64,000 nucleotides of DNA from Gammaproteobacteria bacterium (GTDB lineage: Bacteria; Pseudomonadota; Gammaproteobacteria; Eutrophobiales; Eutrophobiaceae): NCBI GenBank assembly GCA_965221695.1, contig OZ244905.1:1408001-1472000 (forward strand), in the 5' to 3' direction. The notes beneath the pieces were generated by a model that was not told the origin of the DNA, made no database searches, and worked only from the letters and a program-made list of their open reading frames with translations. Each line of letters opens with the position of its first letter. Within the stretch, counting starts at the first letter, position 1. Below, in pieces: positions 30,224 through 43,885 of this stretch. The position numbers were made by a program, and so were the translations under genes.

Positions 30224-31015
30224 TCAAGAAGAGCGGGTTTTGGATGTTTTATCGGGACTTGAATCGCCAGACTGAGAGTTTTTGTCCACACTGACGCGCT
30301 TGTTCCGGTGGCGACGAATCAGCGCGAGGGTCATCAAGGGCCCTGACGCGGCATAAATCAGCGCCAGCAAAAACAGGACGACTGAAGGTCTGACCGCAAC
30401 GAACGCGATGATCAGGACAATGAAGAGGATGCTGAAAAACGGCACTTTGCCGCGCAGGTCGATTTGTTTGAAGCTGTGATAGCGAATGTTGCTCACCATC
30501 AACAGGCCGACGAGGATTGTCAAGACAAACGCAAACAAGGTTATGGCCGACTCGTCCAACGGTTGGCCGACAACGCTGAACCAGACCAGGCCGGCGATGA
30601 CGGCCGCCGCAGCCGGACAAGGCAACCCCTGAAAATATCGCTTGTCGGCGCTACCAGCCTGGGTATTAAACCTGGCTAGGCGCAGCGCCGCCGCCGCCGC
30701 GAAAATAAATGCGGCCAACCAGCCCAGTTTGCCCAGGCCCTGCAACGACCATTGATATACCACCAAGGCAGGAGCGAGTCCGAACGAAACCATGTCCGAG
30801 AGGCTGTCATACTGAACGCCGAAATCGCTTTCCGTCCTGGTGATCCTGGCAATGCGACCATCCATACCGTCCAGGATCATTGCCACGAACACGGCAATGG
30901 CGGCGGTTTCGTAGCGCGCGCCGATCGCGGCAACGATCGCGTAGAATCCGGCAAACAGCGCCGAGGTCGTGAACAGATTGGGCAGGAGGTAAATGCCCCT
31001 GCGGCGCTCGATCAT
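30224..31015 (-). CDS. pssA: CDP-diacylglycerol-serine O-phosphatidyltransferase
   Basis: GIYLLPNLFT, DGMDGRIAR, DSLSDMVSFGLAPA, LRLARFN. Confidence 0.95.
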   Translation of the reverse strand: MIERRRGIYLLPNLFTTSALFAGFYAIVAAIGARYETAAIAVFVAMILDGMDGRIARITRTESDFGVQYDSLSDMVSFGLAPALVVYQWSLQGLGKLGWLAAFIFAAAAALRLARFNTQAGSADKRYFQGLPCPAAAAVIAGLVWFSVVGQPLDESAITLFAFVLTILVGLLMVSNIRYHSFKQIDLRGKVPFFSILFIVLIIAFVAVRPSVVLFLLALIYAASGPLMTLALIRRHRNKRVSVDKNSQSGDSSPDKTSKTRSS

Positions 31016-31022
31016 AGCGGGT

Positions 31023-32042
<1,020 letters not shown>

Positions 32043-32106
32043 TCATCTCTCTTAACTCGTCTTTTTTCACGCAAGTATGTTTTATACCTGATATTGCCGG
32101 ACAACC

Positions 32107-32191
32107 ACCATTCCCGTGCAAACGGGAATCCTGTGAACAACTCCTCCTAATATACTGTGCTCACTGGATTCCCGCTGTTGCGGGAACGGTA
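32107..32191. repeat. ATTCCCG-family palindromic element, diverged copy
   Basis: ccattcccgtgcaaacgggaatcc ... ctggattcccgctgttgcgggaacgg. Confidence 0.72.
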
Positions 32192-32278
32192 AACGCTGAC
32201 GGACAATATCAAATTGAAGAGCCGCCAGCAGCGCTAGTACTCTTAAGAAAAACCCGCGCTTAAAGCTTCAGGTTCCGG

Positions 32279-32770
32279 TCATACTCTGATTGCTTTTTCA
32301 CCGCGCGCGATACCGGAAACGCCAGTGCGAACAGTTTCCAGTATCAATTCAGGTTTTACGGTTTTCAGGAAGGCATCCAGCTTATCACCGTCGCCGGTGA
32401 CTTCTATTGTATAGGAGTTTTCGTTCACATCGACGATGCGTCCCCTGAAAATCTCGCTCAATCGCATCAGCTCTTCCCTGCAGGAATCGTTTGCCCTGAC
32501 TTTTACCAGCATCAATTCCCGTTCTATATGTTCGCTCTCGTTCAGATCCACGACTTTTATCACATCCACCAATTTGTTCAGGTGTTTGGTGATCTGTTCA
32601 ATGATCGCTTCTGAACCGGATGTCACTATCGTCATGCGGGAGACAGTAGAATCCTCCGTGGGCGCCACGGTAAGTGATTCGATATTGAAGCCGCGCGCAG
32701 AAAACAGGCCGGAAATTCTTGACAGCGCCCCGGCCTCATTCTCGACCAGCAGAGACAGAATATGGCGCAT
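32279..32770 (-). CDS. ilvH: Acetolactate synthase small subunit
   Basis: MRHILSLLVENEAGALSRISGLFSARGFNIESL. Confidence 0.95.
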   Translation of the reverse strand: MRHILSLLVENEAGALSRISGLFSARGFNIESLTVAPTEDSTVSRMTIVTSGSEAIIEQITKHLNKLVDVIKVVDLNESEHIERELMLVKVRANDSCREELMRLSEIFRGRIVDVNENSYTIEVTGDGDKLDAFLKTVKPELILETVRTGVSGIARGEKAIRV

Positions 32771-34497
32771 CAGGCCAATTCCCGCTCTTCGGAGCCGGGC
32801 GCCAAGTGCATCTCATGCTGCCCTTTGCCGGCGGCGATCATCGGATATACGTTCTCGGTCTGGTCAGTAATAAAGTCCATCAAAACCAGCTTGTCTTCCA
32901 TTGCCAGGGCCTCCTTGAGCGCCGGTTCCACATCGGCGGCCTGCTCGATGCGCATCCCAACGTGGCCAAAGCTCTCAGCCAGCTTGACGAAGTCCGGCAA
33001 GGCATCCATGTAGGAATGGGAATAACGTTTCTCATAAAAGAACTCCTGCCACTGCCTGACCATCCCCATATAGCGGTTATTGAGGTTGATGATCTTTATC
33101 GGAGTCTTGTATTGCAGGCAGGTTGAAAGCTCCTGAATACACATCACCAGGCTGGCCTCACCGGTAATGCAGGCCACCGTTTCGTCCGGATAGGCGATCT
33201 TGGCTCCCATCGCCGCCGGCAAGCCAAAGCCCATCGTGCCGAGACCACCTGAATTCAACCAGCGGCGCGGCTTGTCAAACTTGTAAAACTGCGCCGCCCA
33301 CATCTGGTGCTGGCCTACGTCAGAGGAGATAAAAGCATCGCCACCGGTCAACTCGTACAAGCTCTCAATAACCCGCTGGGGCTTGATCAGGCGCGAGTTT
33401 CTGTCGAAGCGCAAACAGTCCATGTCCTGCCATGCCTTAATCTGCCGCCACCAGCCGTCTATGTCCGGCCGCTCCCGATTCTGTTGCAAACTGGCATTAA
33501 GGTCGCACAGCACATGTTTGACGTCACCGACAATGGGCACATCTACGGGCACGTTCTTGGCAATGGAGGACGGGTCAACATCGATATGGATGATTCTTGC
33601 ATGGGGACAGAACTGTTCCAGGTCGCCCGTCACGCGGTCATCGAAGCGCGCGCCAATAGCGATCAACACATCACATTGGTGCATGGCCATATTGGCCTCA
33701 TAGGTGCCGTGCATTCCAAGCATACCGATAAACTGCTTGTCCGTAGCAGGATATGCGCCCAAACCCATCAGGGTATTGGTGATCGGGAAACCCAGCAACC
33801 GGGTAAATTCGATTAATTCAGCGCTGGCTTCCGAGAGAATAACACCGCCGCCGGTATAGATCATGGGCTTGCGCGCCTGCAACATGAGCTTGACAGCCCG
33901 CCTGATCTGGCCCGGGTGTCCTTTGACAGTAGGCCGGTAAGAGCGCATGTCGACCGTTTCCGGGTATTCATAAGCACAGGAATTTGCGGTAACGTCCTTG
34001 GGAATATCCACCACGACCGGTCCGGGACGGCCGGTACAGGCGACGAAGAACGCTTTTCTGATGACACTGGCCAGGTCTTGCACATCGCTGACCAGGAAAT
34101 TGTGCTTTACACAGGGTCGGGAAATGCCGATTGCATCGACTTCCTGGAACGCGTCGTTGCCGATAACGGATGTGGGGACCTGGCCGCTGAAAACTACCAG
34201 GGGAATGGAATCCATATACGCCGTGGCAATCCCGGTAATCGCGTTGGTGATGCCTGGCCCTGACGTGACCAGCGCCACCCCGGGTCGGCCTGTTGCTCGG
34301 GCATAGCCATCGGCCGCGTGCGCGGCGCCCTGCTCGTGGCGAACGAGGATGTGTTCCACTTCAGTCTGCTTGTACAACTCGTCGTAGATATGTAATACGG
34401 CGCCGCCGGGATAACCAAAAACATGTTTTACCCCTTCATCTTTCAGGGCCCGAACGAAGATTTCGGCCCCGCGCAGTATCGGTTTTGAACTGTTCAC
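32770..34497 (-). CDS. ilvI: Acetolactate synthase large subunit
   Basis: FGYPGGAVL, RHEQGA, TSGPG, SGGLGTMGFGLPAA. Confidence 0.95.
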   Translation of the reverse strand: MNSSKPILRGAEIFVRALKDEGVKHVFGYPGGAVLHIYDELYKQTEVEHILVRHEQGAAHAADGYARATGRPGVALVTSGPGITNAITGIATAYMDSIPLVVFSGQVPTSVIGNDAFQEVDAIGISRPCVKHNFLVSDVQDLASVIRKAFFVACTGRPGPVVVDIPKDVTANSCAYEYPETVDMRSYRPTVKGHPGQIRRAVKLMLQARKPMIYTGGGVILSEASAELIEFTRLLGFPITNTLMGLGAYPATDKQFIGMLGMHGTYEANMAMHQCDVLIAIGARFDDRVTGDLEQFCPHARIIHIDVDPSSIAKNVPVDVPIVGDVKHVLCDLNASLQQNRERPDIDGWWRQIKAWQDMDCLRFDRNSRLIKPQRVIESLYELTGGDAFISSDVGQHQMWAAQFYKFDKPRRWLNSGGLGTMGFGLPAAMGAKIAYPDETVACITGEASLVMCIQELSTCLQYKTPIKIINLNNRYMGMVRQWQEFFYEKRYSHSYMDALPDFVKLAESFGHVGMRIEQAADVEPALKEALAMEDKLVLMDFITDQTENVYPMIAAGKGQHEMHLAPGSEERELA

Positions 34498-34625
34498 CTG
34501 GAAATTCCACAGTCTGGTAAATTACAGAAGGGGTAACTTACTGATATTCTTTACAAGCGTCAAGTTGAGTTGTGCTTTTCGCACATTCGGCTCAGGGTAA
34601 ACGAGCGCTTTGTATTTTCCGTTTC

Positions 34626-34725
34626 CCCCGGGGGCGCAGGCGTCTCGAGTCCCAATATCACGGTTAATGGCTGGCAGACCCGTTTCCCCTGGGAGCGCGG
34701 GCGTCTCGCCCGCGTGCGCGCCGCC
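34626..34725. repeat. Pair of REP-like motifs (GGGAGCGCGGGCGTCTCGCCCGC type)
   Basis: ggggcgcaggcgtctcgagtccc and gggagcgcgggcgtctcgcccgc, about 60 bp apart. Confidence 0.55.
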
Positions 34726-34814
34726 GCCAACTTTTTTCACACTTTTGTGAGTTTTCTCACATTTTTGCTGATTTATTTCTTTTCAACTCAGATCAACACT
34801 CTAAAATTTCCTTA

Positions 34815-35030
34815 GCCTCGAAGAAATGAGGCCGCGGCAAGCCTTACTCCAATCGGGCAAGCCGCCAGCACAGGGAAGTCGAGGACTTCACCTGGTCCTC
34901 ACGCTGGAATCCTCCGTGCCTGCAGGCGGCCCGTTTGTTAGCCGCGGGCCAGGGATCAGGGAAACCTGAAGGCGCCAGGGGGCGCGGCAACCGGTAGCGC
35001 GAAACCCGCCGCTCCCCTCTGGCAGGGGGA
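34815..35030 (+). ncRNA. Candidate structured non-coding RNA (family not recognised)
   Basis: GC-rich island in an AT-rich intergenic region, nested helices, GAAA tetraloop hairpin, TAAAAT 7 nt upstream; see findings. Confidence 0.45.
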
Positions 35031-35133
35031 TCAAGAAGAATTATATCTGGAAAAAAACCCGCATCAGTTATAAAATGGATTCAGATATAAATTACGAACT
35101 GCTTACAGTCATCATAACCATTATTGCCACCCA

Positions 35134-36843
35134 ATGCGGACCACGGAAACTCTACTGGCTACCTTGCGCGAGGCGCCGGCGGATGCCGAGGTTATCAGCC
35201 ACCAGTTGATGCTGCGGGCCGGCCTGGTCAGGCAGACCGCGGCGGGGATTTACAACTGGTTGCCCCTGGGCTTGAAGGTTTTGCGCAAGGTGGAAGCCAT
35301 CGTGCGCGAGGAAATGGACGCATCAGGCGCGCAGGAAGCGCTGCTGGCCGGCGTGCAACCCGCGGAGTTATGGCATGAATCCGGGCGCTGGGAGGAATAT
35401 GGCCCTGAACTGTTGCGTTTCACGGACCGGCATAACCGGGACTTCTGCCTTGGTCCTACCCATGAAGAAATCATCACGGATTTAATCCGGCACGAAATCC
35501 GCAGTTATAAGCAGTTACCAATCAATTTATACCAGGTGCAGACCAAGTTCAGGGACGAGATCCGTCCTCGCTTCGGGATCATGCGGGCGCGCGAATTCAT
35601 CATGAAAGACGCATACTCATTTCATCTCAGCCAGGAGTCCCTGGAACAAACTTACCAGGTTATGTACCAGACCTACTCTCGGATTTTTACCCGGCTTGGG
35701 TTGGAATTTCGTCCCGTTCTCGCCGACAGCGGCAATATCGGCGGCAAGGTATCCCATGAATTTCATGTGCTGGCGACCTCTGGTGAAGACCGTATCGCGT
35801 TTACCCGGGACTCCGAGTTCGCCACCAATGTGGAGCTCATCGCCGCGTCCGCGCCGGCGCAACCAAGACCGGCGCCGGACCAACCCATGGAGAAGGTGGC
35901 AACGCCGGATCAGCATACCATAGACGATCTCAGTCGTTTTCTTGGCATCAGCCCGGCGCGCTGTCTGAAGACATTGATCGTCAAAGGTAGCGACTCCGGA
36001 CTGGTCGCGCTGGCGTTGCGTGGGGACCACGAATTGAATCGTCTGAAAGCGGAAAAACTGCCGGAAACAGCAACGCCGCTCAGCTTCGCATCCCCGGAGG
36101 AGATCAGCAAAGAGTTGGGCTGCGATATCGGTTCACTGGGCCCGGTAGGATTGAATATCCCGGTTATCGCCGACAACGCTGCTCTGGCTCTGGCAGATTT
36201 TGCCTGCGGCGCCAACGAGAACGGCTATCACCTTACGGGAGTAAACTGGCAAAGAGACCTGGAAGAGCCCGCGCCCGCAGACCTGCGCAATGTCGTCGAA
36301 GGCGATCCTGCGCCCGATAACTCGGGACCATTGCAGATAGCTCGCGGTATCGAAGTAGGACATATCTTCCAACTGGGCACAAAATACAGCGACGCGATGA
36401 AGACCACCTGCCTTGATGAAACCGGCGCGGCAGTCACTCTGTTCATGGGCTGTTACGGCATCGGCGTCTCACGCATTGTCGCCGCCGCCATCGAACAAAA
36501 CCACGACACGCGCGGCATCATCTGGCCGGCCGCAATGGCTCCATACCAACTGGCCCTGATACCCATCCATGCGCACAAGTCCCAACGCCTGCGGGCAGCC
36601 GTTGAGGAGCTGTATCAACAACTGCTGGACAACGGTATCGAAGTATTACTGGACGACAGGAAGGAGCGGCCGGGAGTCATGTTTGCCGATGTGGAACTGA
36701 TCGGGATACCACATCGCTTCGTATTCAGCGAACGCGGGCTGGACAACGGCGCCCTGGAGTACAAAGGCAGGCGCGATGAACAAAGCACGGACATCCCGCT
36801 GGCGCGCGCGGTCGAGTATATCAAGGACAAACTGGAATACTGA
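35134..36843 (+). CDS. proS: Prolyl-tRNA synthetase
   Basis: [51 protein letters not shown]. Confidence 0.98.
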   Translation: MRTTETLLATLREAPADAEVISHQLMLRAGLVRQTAAGIYNWLPLGLKVLRKVEAIVREEMDASGAQEALLAGVQPAELWHESGRWEEYGPELLRFTDRHNRDFCLGPTHEEIITDLIRHEIRSYKQLPINLYQVQTKFRDEIRPRFGIMRAREFIMKDAYSFHLSQESLEQTYQVMYQTYSRIFTRLGLEFRPVLADSGNIGGKVSHEFHVLATSGEDRIAFTRDSEFATNVELIAASAPAQPRPAPDQPMEKVATPDQHTIDDLSRFLGISPARCLKTLIVKGSDSGLVALALRGDHELNRLKAEKLPETATPLSFASPEEISKELGCDIGSLGPVGLNIPVIADNAALALADFACGANENGYHLTGVNWQRDLEEPAPADLRNVVEGDPAPDNSGPLQIARGIEVGHIFQLGTKYSDAMKTTCLDETGAAVTLFMGCYGIGVSRIVAAAIEQNHDTRGIIWPAAMAPYQLALIPIHAHKSQRLRAAVEELYQQLLDNGIEVLLDDRKERPGVMFADVELIGIPHRFVFSERGLDNGALEYKGRRDEQSTDIPLARAVEYIKDKLEY

Positions 36844-36906
36844 TCGCTGCCTTGTGGATGATGGAAACGCTGACTGTTATCGTTTTTACGAACCGGAGAC
36901 AGAGCA

Positions 36907-37254
36907 ATGACCGTAACAATCTACCATAACCCCAGGTGCAGCAAATCCAGGCAGACCCTGGAATTATTGCGCGGTAGAGGGCTGGAACCGAAAATCATCG
37001 AGTACCTGAAAAATCCGCCGGATAAAAGCGAAATGTCTACGATACTGGCGCTGTTGGGAATGGCGCCCCGAGAGCTGATGCGGAAAAAAGAAACGGAGTA
37101 CAAGGCCAACGGCCTGGACGCTCAGAGCCTGTCCGACAAACAGTTGCTTGACGCGCTGGTTGCGCATCCTGTGTTGATTGAACGTCCCATTGTGCTCGCC
37201 AACGGCAAAGCCGTCATAGGGCGGCCGCCGGAAAACGCGCTGAAAATAGTCTAA
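36907..37254 (+). CDS. arsC: Arsenate reductase (glutaredoxin) / ArsC family protein
   Basis: IYHNPRCSKSR, LIERPIV, IGRPPE. Confidence 0.88.
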   Translation: MTVTIYHNPRCSKSRQTLELLRGRGLEPKIIEYLKNPPDKSEMSTILALLGMAPRELMRKKETEYKANGLDAQSLSDKQLLDALVAHPVLIERPIVLANGKAVIGRPPENALKIV

Positions 37255-38951
<1,697 letters not shown>

Positions 38952-38955
<4 letters not shown>

Positions 38956-40016
38956 GGGTTCAGGAGGTAATAGTGGCCGTGAGAGCTTTCAACCGGTTCC
39001 AGGGTCCTTCCCAGGTTAATAGTCCGAAGCACAGCTTGCTCCCCGCCATACGCTACCAACGCCAGGATGACTTCTCCTACACGAGCCTCTTTCACATGGA
39101 CACGGATGATTGAACTCAGTGATTCCAGGTAGTTGAGCAAACGCGCATAACCCTCAACCGTATTCACGGCGCCTACCGTGATCTCGATATCCAGCGCCAT
39201 AGCGTAACTGTCGCTGCGGACGAATTCGTATGCCAGGTCGTCGACAAGATCCTCGATTCCCTCTTCCAACGCGAGCTCCAACAGGTCTGTCTCAGTTCTC
39301 CATGCGCGCTTGAGGCCGTCGCTCCCGTAACTTTTCCACCTGCCTTCCCAGATTCCCGAGGCGGGGGAACTCATGCTTGCCGTCAAGATAATGTCGGCCT
39401 GGTACCTGGCAGAAGCCGCCATAATCTGTTCTTCGAACCCAAACCATACATCGCCGGGACGAATCCGCATTTGATCATCTAAGTCGTGTAGGGGAAACAA
39501 GATGGCGACACCGCGCCGTTGCGCTACCTGCCGCACAATCGTCAACAATGCCGAGGCGTTTCCGGGTTCGGCAAATAGTCTGCGGTTTGACCGTTCCAGC
39601 GCCAACCACACCAGGATCGACGGACGTTCCTCGTCCCAGACCGGTATCTGCAAGGCCCGCAGGGAGTTATTCAGGTTCTCCCGGTCAAATTTAACCAGCA
39701 GACGCCATTGCCGCGCGGGAACCGGATCGGTCGGGAGGAGTATTTCCGGCTCAAGCTCCCGGTATCGGTATTGTTGCACAAACTTTTCCGCCTGTTCCAG
39801 GATCGTCGCTAACGCATTATCCTCTGACGCATTTCGAACGCCGGTCAGCTTCACCAACGTCCTGCCCAAGCAGTCCCGGATTGCTGCCAACCTGTCCTCG
39901 CTTGATTGGCTGCTTACGATTGTCTCGGCCTCATACAGACCCGGCACCTTGATGGCATGAACGAACAACGGGGCTGAACAAAACAGACAACAGGCTATCC
40001 AAACTATTTTTTTCAT
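38952..40016 (-). CDS. DUF2066-like periplasmic protein
   Basis: Signal peptide, LYEAE, VQQYRY, RPSILVWLA, RRGVAILFP; sits between purM and hda. Confidence 0.8.
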
Positions 40017-40240
40017 AGATTCAAACCGGATAAAATCCGAAACTGCGCGCTGCTCCCGGACAGTGAAAAACCATGCCATTATAGTACAGCGCTTTATGGG
40101 AATATCATCGTATCAAAACCACAATCACGTCCGCTCCGTTAACAAACGCGAGGCAAAATCAGGCCAGCGGCCTAGGGGCTTGTCACAACACGCGCATCAC
40201 TGTACCGTAGGAACCCCTGAATTAACCCGGATATCCCACA

Positions 40241-41293
40241 ATGAAGCGAACCGATTATGAAGCCGCGGGGGTCAGTATCGACCGCGGCAACGCACTGGTC
40301 GCCAATATCAAACCCCTGGCGCAGGCCACGCAACGGCACGGGGCGCTGGGCGGACTGGGTGGGTTCGGGGCATTATTCGACCTGTCCGCAACCGGCTATC
40401 GCCAACCAATTCTGGTCTCGGGCGCCGACGGCGCAGGAACGAAAATAAAACTCGCCATCGAATTGGACCGTCACAAGACCATCGGCATAGACCTGGTTGC
40501 GATGTGCGTCAACGATATCCTGGCCCATGGCGCTGAACCCCTGTTTTTTCTGGATTATTTCGCCTGCTCCAGCCTGGATGTCGCGACCGCGACAGAGGTC
40601 ATAACAGGCATTGCCCAGGGCTGCGAGCTGGCCGGCTGCGCCCTGGCCGGCGGCGAGACCGCGGAAATGCCCGGAATGTATCGACCCGGCGACTATGACC
40701 TGGCCGGCTTCTGCGTGGGAGTCGTGGAAAAACAGAAAATTATCACCGGAGAACATGTGAGGGAGGGAGACGCGCTGATCGCCCTCTCCTCCAGCGGTCC
40801 CCATGCGAACGGATTTTCCCTGATCCGTAAAATTCTCGCCGACTCCGGCGTTTCATTGACCGACAGGTTGGACGGAATCCCGTTTTCCGATTTATTGCTG
40901 GAACCGACGCGCATCTACCGCAACGCCATCTTAACATTGATGCCGGAGATCACCCTCAAGGCGGTCGCTCATATCACCGGAGGAGGATTGACCGAAAACC
41001 TTCCCCGGGTCATCCCCGCAGATGCCTGTGCGGAAATTGAAGTCAGTAGTTGGCGTTGGCCCGGGATATTTCAGTGGTTGCAGGAAACAGGCAATGTTGC
41101 TACCGATGAGATGCGCCGCACTTTTAACTGCGGCATCGGTATGGTTCTGGTGGTGAGCGCGCAGGAGGAGAAGAAAACCCTGGAATTACTGGGCGCGGCA
41201 GGGGAACAAGCCTGGCGTCTCGGCACAATCCGTGGGCGTGACGGCGGCGGGCAGGCCCGCTACCTGTCTTCCAGCGGAACGAACTCCAGTTGA
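40241..41293 (+). CDS. purM: Phosphoribosylformylglycinamidine cyclo-ligase
   Basis: [40 protein letters not shown]. Confidence 0.96.
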   Translation: MKRTDYEAAGVSIDRGNALVANIKPLAQATQRHGALGGLGGFGALFDLSATGYRQPILVSGADGAGTKIKLAIELDRHKTIGIDLVAMCVNDILAHGAEPLFFLDYFACSSLDVATATEVITGIAQGCELAGCALAGGETAEMPGMYRPGDYDLAGFCVGVVEKQKIITGEHVREGDALIALSSSGPHANGFSLIRKILADSGVSLTDRLDGIPFSDLLLEPTRIYRNAILTLMPEITLKAVAHITGGGLTENLPRVIPADACAEIEVSSWRWPGIFQWLQETGNVATDEMRRTFNCGIGMVLVVSAQEEKKTLELLGAAGEQAWRLGTIRGRDGGGQARYLSSSGTNSS

Positions 41294-42399
41294 TCCGGAC
41301 CGGTGTAATTAGCGCCGGGGCGGATTATCTTTCCGTCAATACGCTGCTCAATGATGTGCGCGGCCCAGCCGGTTACCCGGGACATAACGAAAATTGGAGT
41401 AAACATGGGAGTGGGAATGCCCATCATGTTGTAGGAGACTGCTGAGAACCAATCCAGGTTGGGAAACATCTTTTTGGCTTCCCACATGACTGTCTCCAGC
41501 CGCTCGGCAATGCTAAAAAGTTTCAGGTCGCCGTTATTTTCGGAGAGCTGTTTTGCCACGCGTTTTATGACCTCGTTGCGGGGGTCGGAAAGAGTATAAA
41601 CGGGATGGCCAAAGCCTATGACAATCTCTTTCCGGGCGAGCCGTTCTCTGATGTCCGCTTCGGCTTCATCCGGGTCCGCATAACGCTGCTGGATTTCCAT
41701 GGCAACTTCATTGGCGCCGCCGTGTTTGGGGCCGCGCAAGGCGCCGATAGCGCCGGTAACAGCCGAATACATATCCGACCCGGTCCCGGCGATGACCCGG
41801 CCGGTGAAGGTTGAAGCGTTGAACTCGTGTTCCGCGTACAGGATCAGGGAGGTGTGCATGGCCCGAACCCATAAATCGGAGGGAGGCGCCTGGTGGAGCA
41901 TGCGCAGGAAGTGGCCGCCGATGGAATCATCGCTGGTCTCCAGCTCAATGCGCTTGCCGCGCCGGCTGAAGTGGAACCAATATGCCAGCATCGAAGGAAA
42001 GGAAGCCAGCAACCGGTCGGCGATATCACGGGCTTGCGCAATCGTATGTTGATCGGATTCCGGCGCCACGGCCCCCAGTAAGGAGCAACCGGTGCGCAAG
42101 ACATCCATCGGAGCGACCTGGGCAGGCAACAGTTCCAGCCCGGCTTTTACCGGATCCGGCAAGTCGCGCAAGGCGGCCAGCTTCGCCTTGTAACTGCGCA
42201 GTTCCGCCCGATCGGGCAACCGTTCATGCAGCAACAGGTGCGCAATCTCCTCAAACTCGCAGGTCTCTGCAATATCCAGGATATCGTAGCCGCGATAAGA
42301 CAAGTCGTTGCCGCTGCGCCCTACCGTACACAAGGCGGTATTCCCGGCTGGCACACCGGACAGTGAGACCGATTTCTTGGGTTTAATCCGAGCGCTCAT
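41260..42399 (-). CDS. prpC: 2-methylcitrate synthase
   Basis: [47 protein letters not shown]. Confidence 0.95.
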   Translation of the reverse strand: MSARIKPKKSVSLSGVPAGNTALCTVGRSGNDLSYRGYDILDIAETCEFEEIAHLLLHERLPDRAELRSYKAKLAALRDLPDPVKAGLELLPAQVAPMDVLRTGCSLLGAVAPESDQHTIAQARDIADRLLASFPSMLAYWFHFSRRGKRIELETSDDSIGGHFLRMLHQAPPSDLWVRAMHTSLILYAEHEFNASTFTGRVIAGTGSDMYSAVTGAIGALRGPKHGGANEVAMEIQQRYADPDEAEADIRERLARKEIVIGFGHPVYTLSDPRNEVIKRVAKQLSENNGDLKLFSIAERLETVMWEAKKMFPNLDWFSAVSYNMMGIPTPMFTPIFVMSRVTGWAAHIIEQRIDGKIIRPGANYTGPDQLEFVPLEDR

Positions 42400-43280
42400 T
42401 CCGATTTGCCCTCGACAAACAAAGCATCCAGTTTCTGTTCGTATTCATGGTAACCCAGTATGTCATACATAGCCTCACGCGTCTGCATGGACTGAATCAT
42501 ATTACGCTGGTGGCCGTCCTTGAGAACAGCCTGGTAAAAAGCCATAGCTGCCTTGTTCATAGCCCGATAAGCGCCGCAGCAGTACAGTACGATGTCAACG
42601 CCCAGCGCGCCCAACTCCTGTGTTGAGAACAGTGGTGTTTTGCCAAATTCGGTGATATTTGCCAGGATCGGCGCAGGGACTTGCGCGCGCAGGACCTGGT
42701 ACTGCTCCAGGGTAGACACTGCCTCCGGGAAAATCATATCGGCGCCGGCTTCGATACAGGCATTTGCCCGTTCAATAACGGCTTGCATACCCTCGACCGC
42801 CAGGGCATCGGTGCGCGCCATCACGACAAAGCTGTCATCAGCGCGGGCATCCACCGCGGCCTTGATGCGATCCACCATCTCTGACTGGGTGACGATAGCT
42901 TTGTTCGGCCTGTGCCCGCAGCGTTTCTGTGTCACTTGGTCCTCAATATGCATGGCCGCGGCGCCGGCTTTTGCCAGACTTCTTGTCGTTCTGGCGATAT
43001 TGAACGCGCCGCCGAAACCCGTATCCCCATCTACCAGCAACGGCAGCGCGCTCGCGTCAGTAATTCGCCGCACGTCAATCAGCAAATCTTCCAGGGAGCT
43101 GATGCCAAGGTCGGGCACGCCCAGGGAATTAGCGGCCAAACCACCACCGGACAGGTAAATCGCCTTATGTCCCGCCTGCTCCGCCATACGCGCCGCCAGC
43201 GCCGTGATTGTGCCGACAACCTGTAACGGCTTGTTATCGGCCACAGCCTGCCGAAATGTATTGTTTGCTGATGAATTCAT
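42396..43280 (-). CDS. prpB: Methylisocitrate lyase
   Basis: [33 protein letters not shown]. Confidence 0.95.
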   Translation of the reverse strand: MNSSANNTFRQAVADNKPLQVVGTITALAARMAEQAGHKAIYLSGGGLAANSLGVPDLGISSLEDLLIDVRRITDASALPLLVDGDTGFGGAFNIARTTRSLAKAGAAAMHIEDQVTQKRCGHRPNKAIVTQSEMVDRIKAAVDARADDSFVVMARTDALAVEGMQAVIERANACIEAGADMIFPEAVSTLEQYQVLRAQVPAPILANITEFGKTPLFSTQELGALGVDIVLYCCGAYRAMNKAAMAFYQAVLKDGHQRNMIQSMQTREAMYDILGYHEYEQKLDALFVEGKSE

Positions 43281-43322
43281 GTCTGAATTAAGGAATCTAT
43301 GATTAAGGAATTATCGTTTGTC

Positions 43323-43802
43323 TTAACCAGCGTCAGATAACTGACTTGTTCCGGTTGGCCGACGTATTACCGGGCTGGCAACGCGATTTTGATTGACCAG
43401 GGCTGATAATCGACGAAATTTAGCGCGATTGATCTGCCGGCGTTTGAGATCGTGCTCCCAGAACCGTAAAACCTTCCATTCTCTGGAGCGCAGTTCTTTG
43501 TTGATTTTTCTGTCTCGTTGAACATTTCTATTAATCTTAGCCTGCCAATAATCCATATTTGACGAAGGCATACGACAATGCTTCGCGCATCCGTGCCAGA
43601 AACAACCATCAATAAATACGGCAACCCGGTTTTTGGGGAACACAAAATCCGGTTTGCCGGACAGAGGATAATTCCTCCGCCAGCCTGTGATGCCCTGGCT
43701 TTTCAGTATTTCTATAAATTTCAGTTCCGTTGACTTGTTACGCTGGGAGCGAACCTGGCTCATAATCCAAGAGCGCTTTTTCACATCAACAGTATCTGTC
43801 AT
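43323..43802 (-). CDS. vsr: Very short patch repair endonuclease
   Basis: RSWIMSQVRS, GKPDFVF, FIDGCFWHGC, WKVLRFWEHD. Confidence 0.92.
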   Translation of the reverse strand: MTDTVDVKKRSWIMSQVRSQRNKSTELKFIEILKSQGITGWRRNYPLSGKPDFVFPKNRVAVFIDGCFWHGCAKHCRMPSSNMDYWQAKINRNVQRDRKINKELRSREWKVLRFWEHDLKRRQINRAKFRRLSALVNQNRVASPVIRRPTGTSQLSDAG

Positions 43803-43885
43803 TTACCTATAAGCAATATCCACTTGTGAAGCGCCGGACTTCAACTGGTTAAGGAAATTCTAATCGAGTCAGAGCTTCCGTTTGC

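Noticed and set aside
34826-34969. 47-codon ORF (MRPRQALLQ...) or an HDV/twister ribozyme within the structured region
   Set aside because: There is no clear RBS or protein-like features, and I could not fit the conserved ribozyme cores by eye; kept only as an unclassified RNA candidate.
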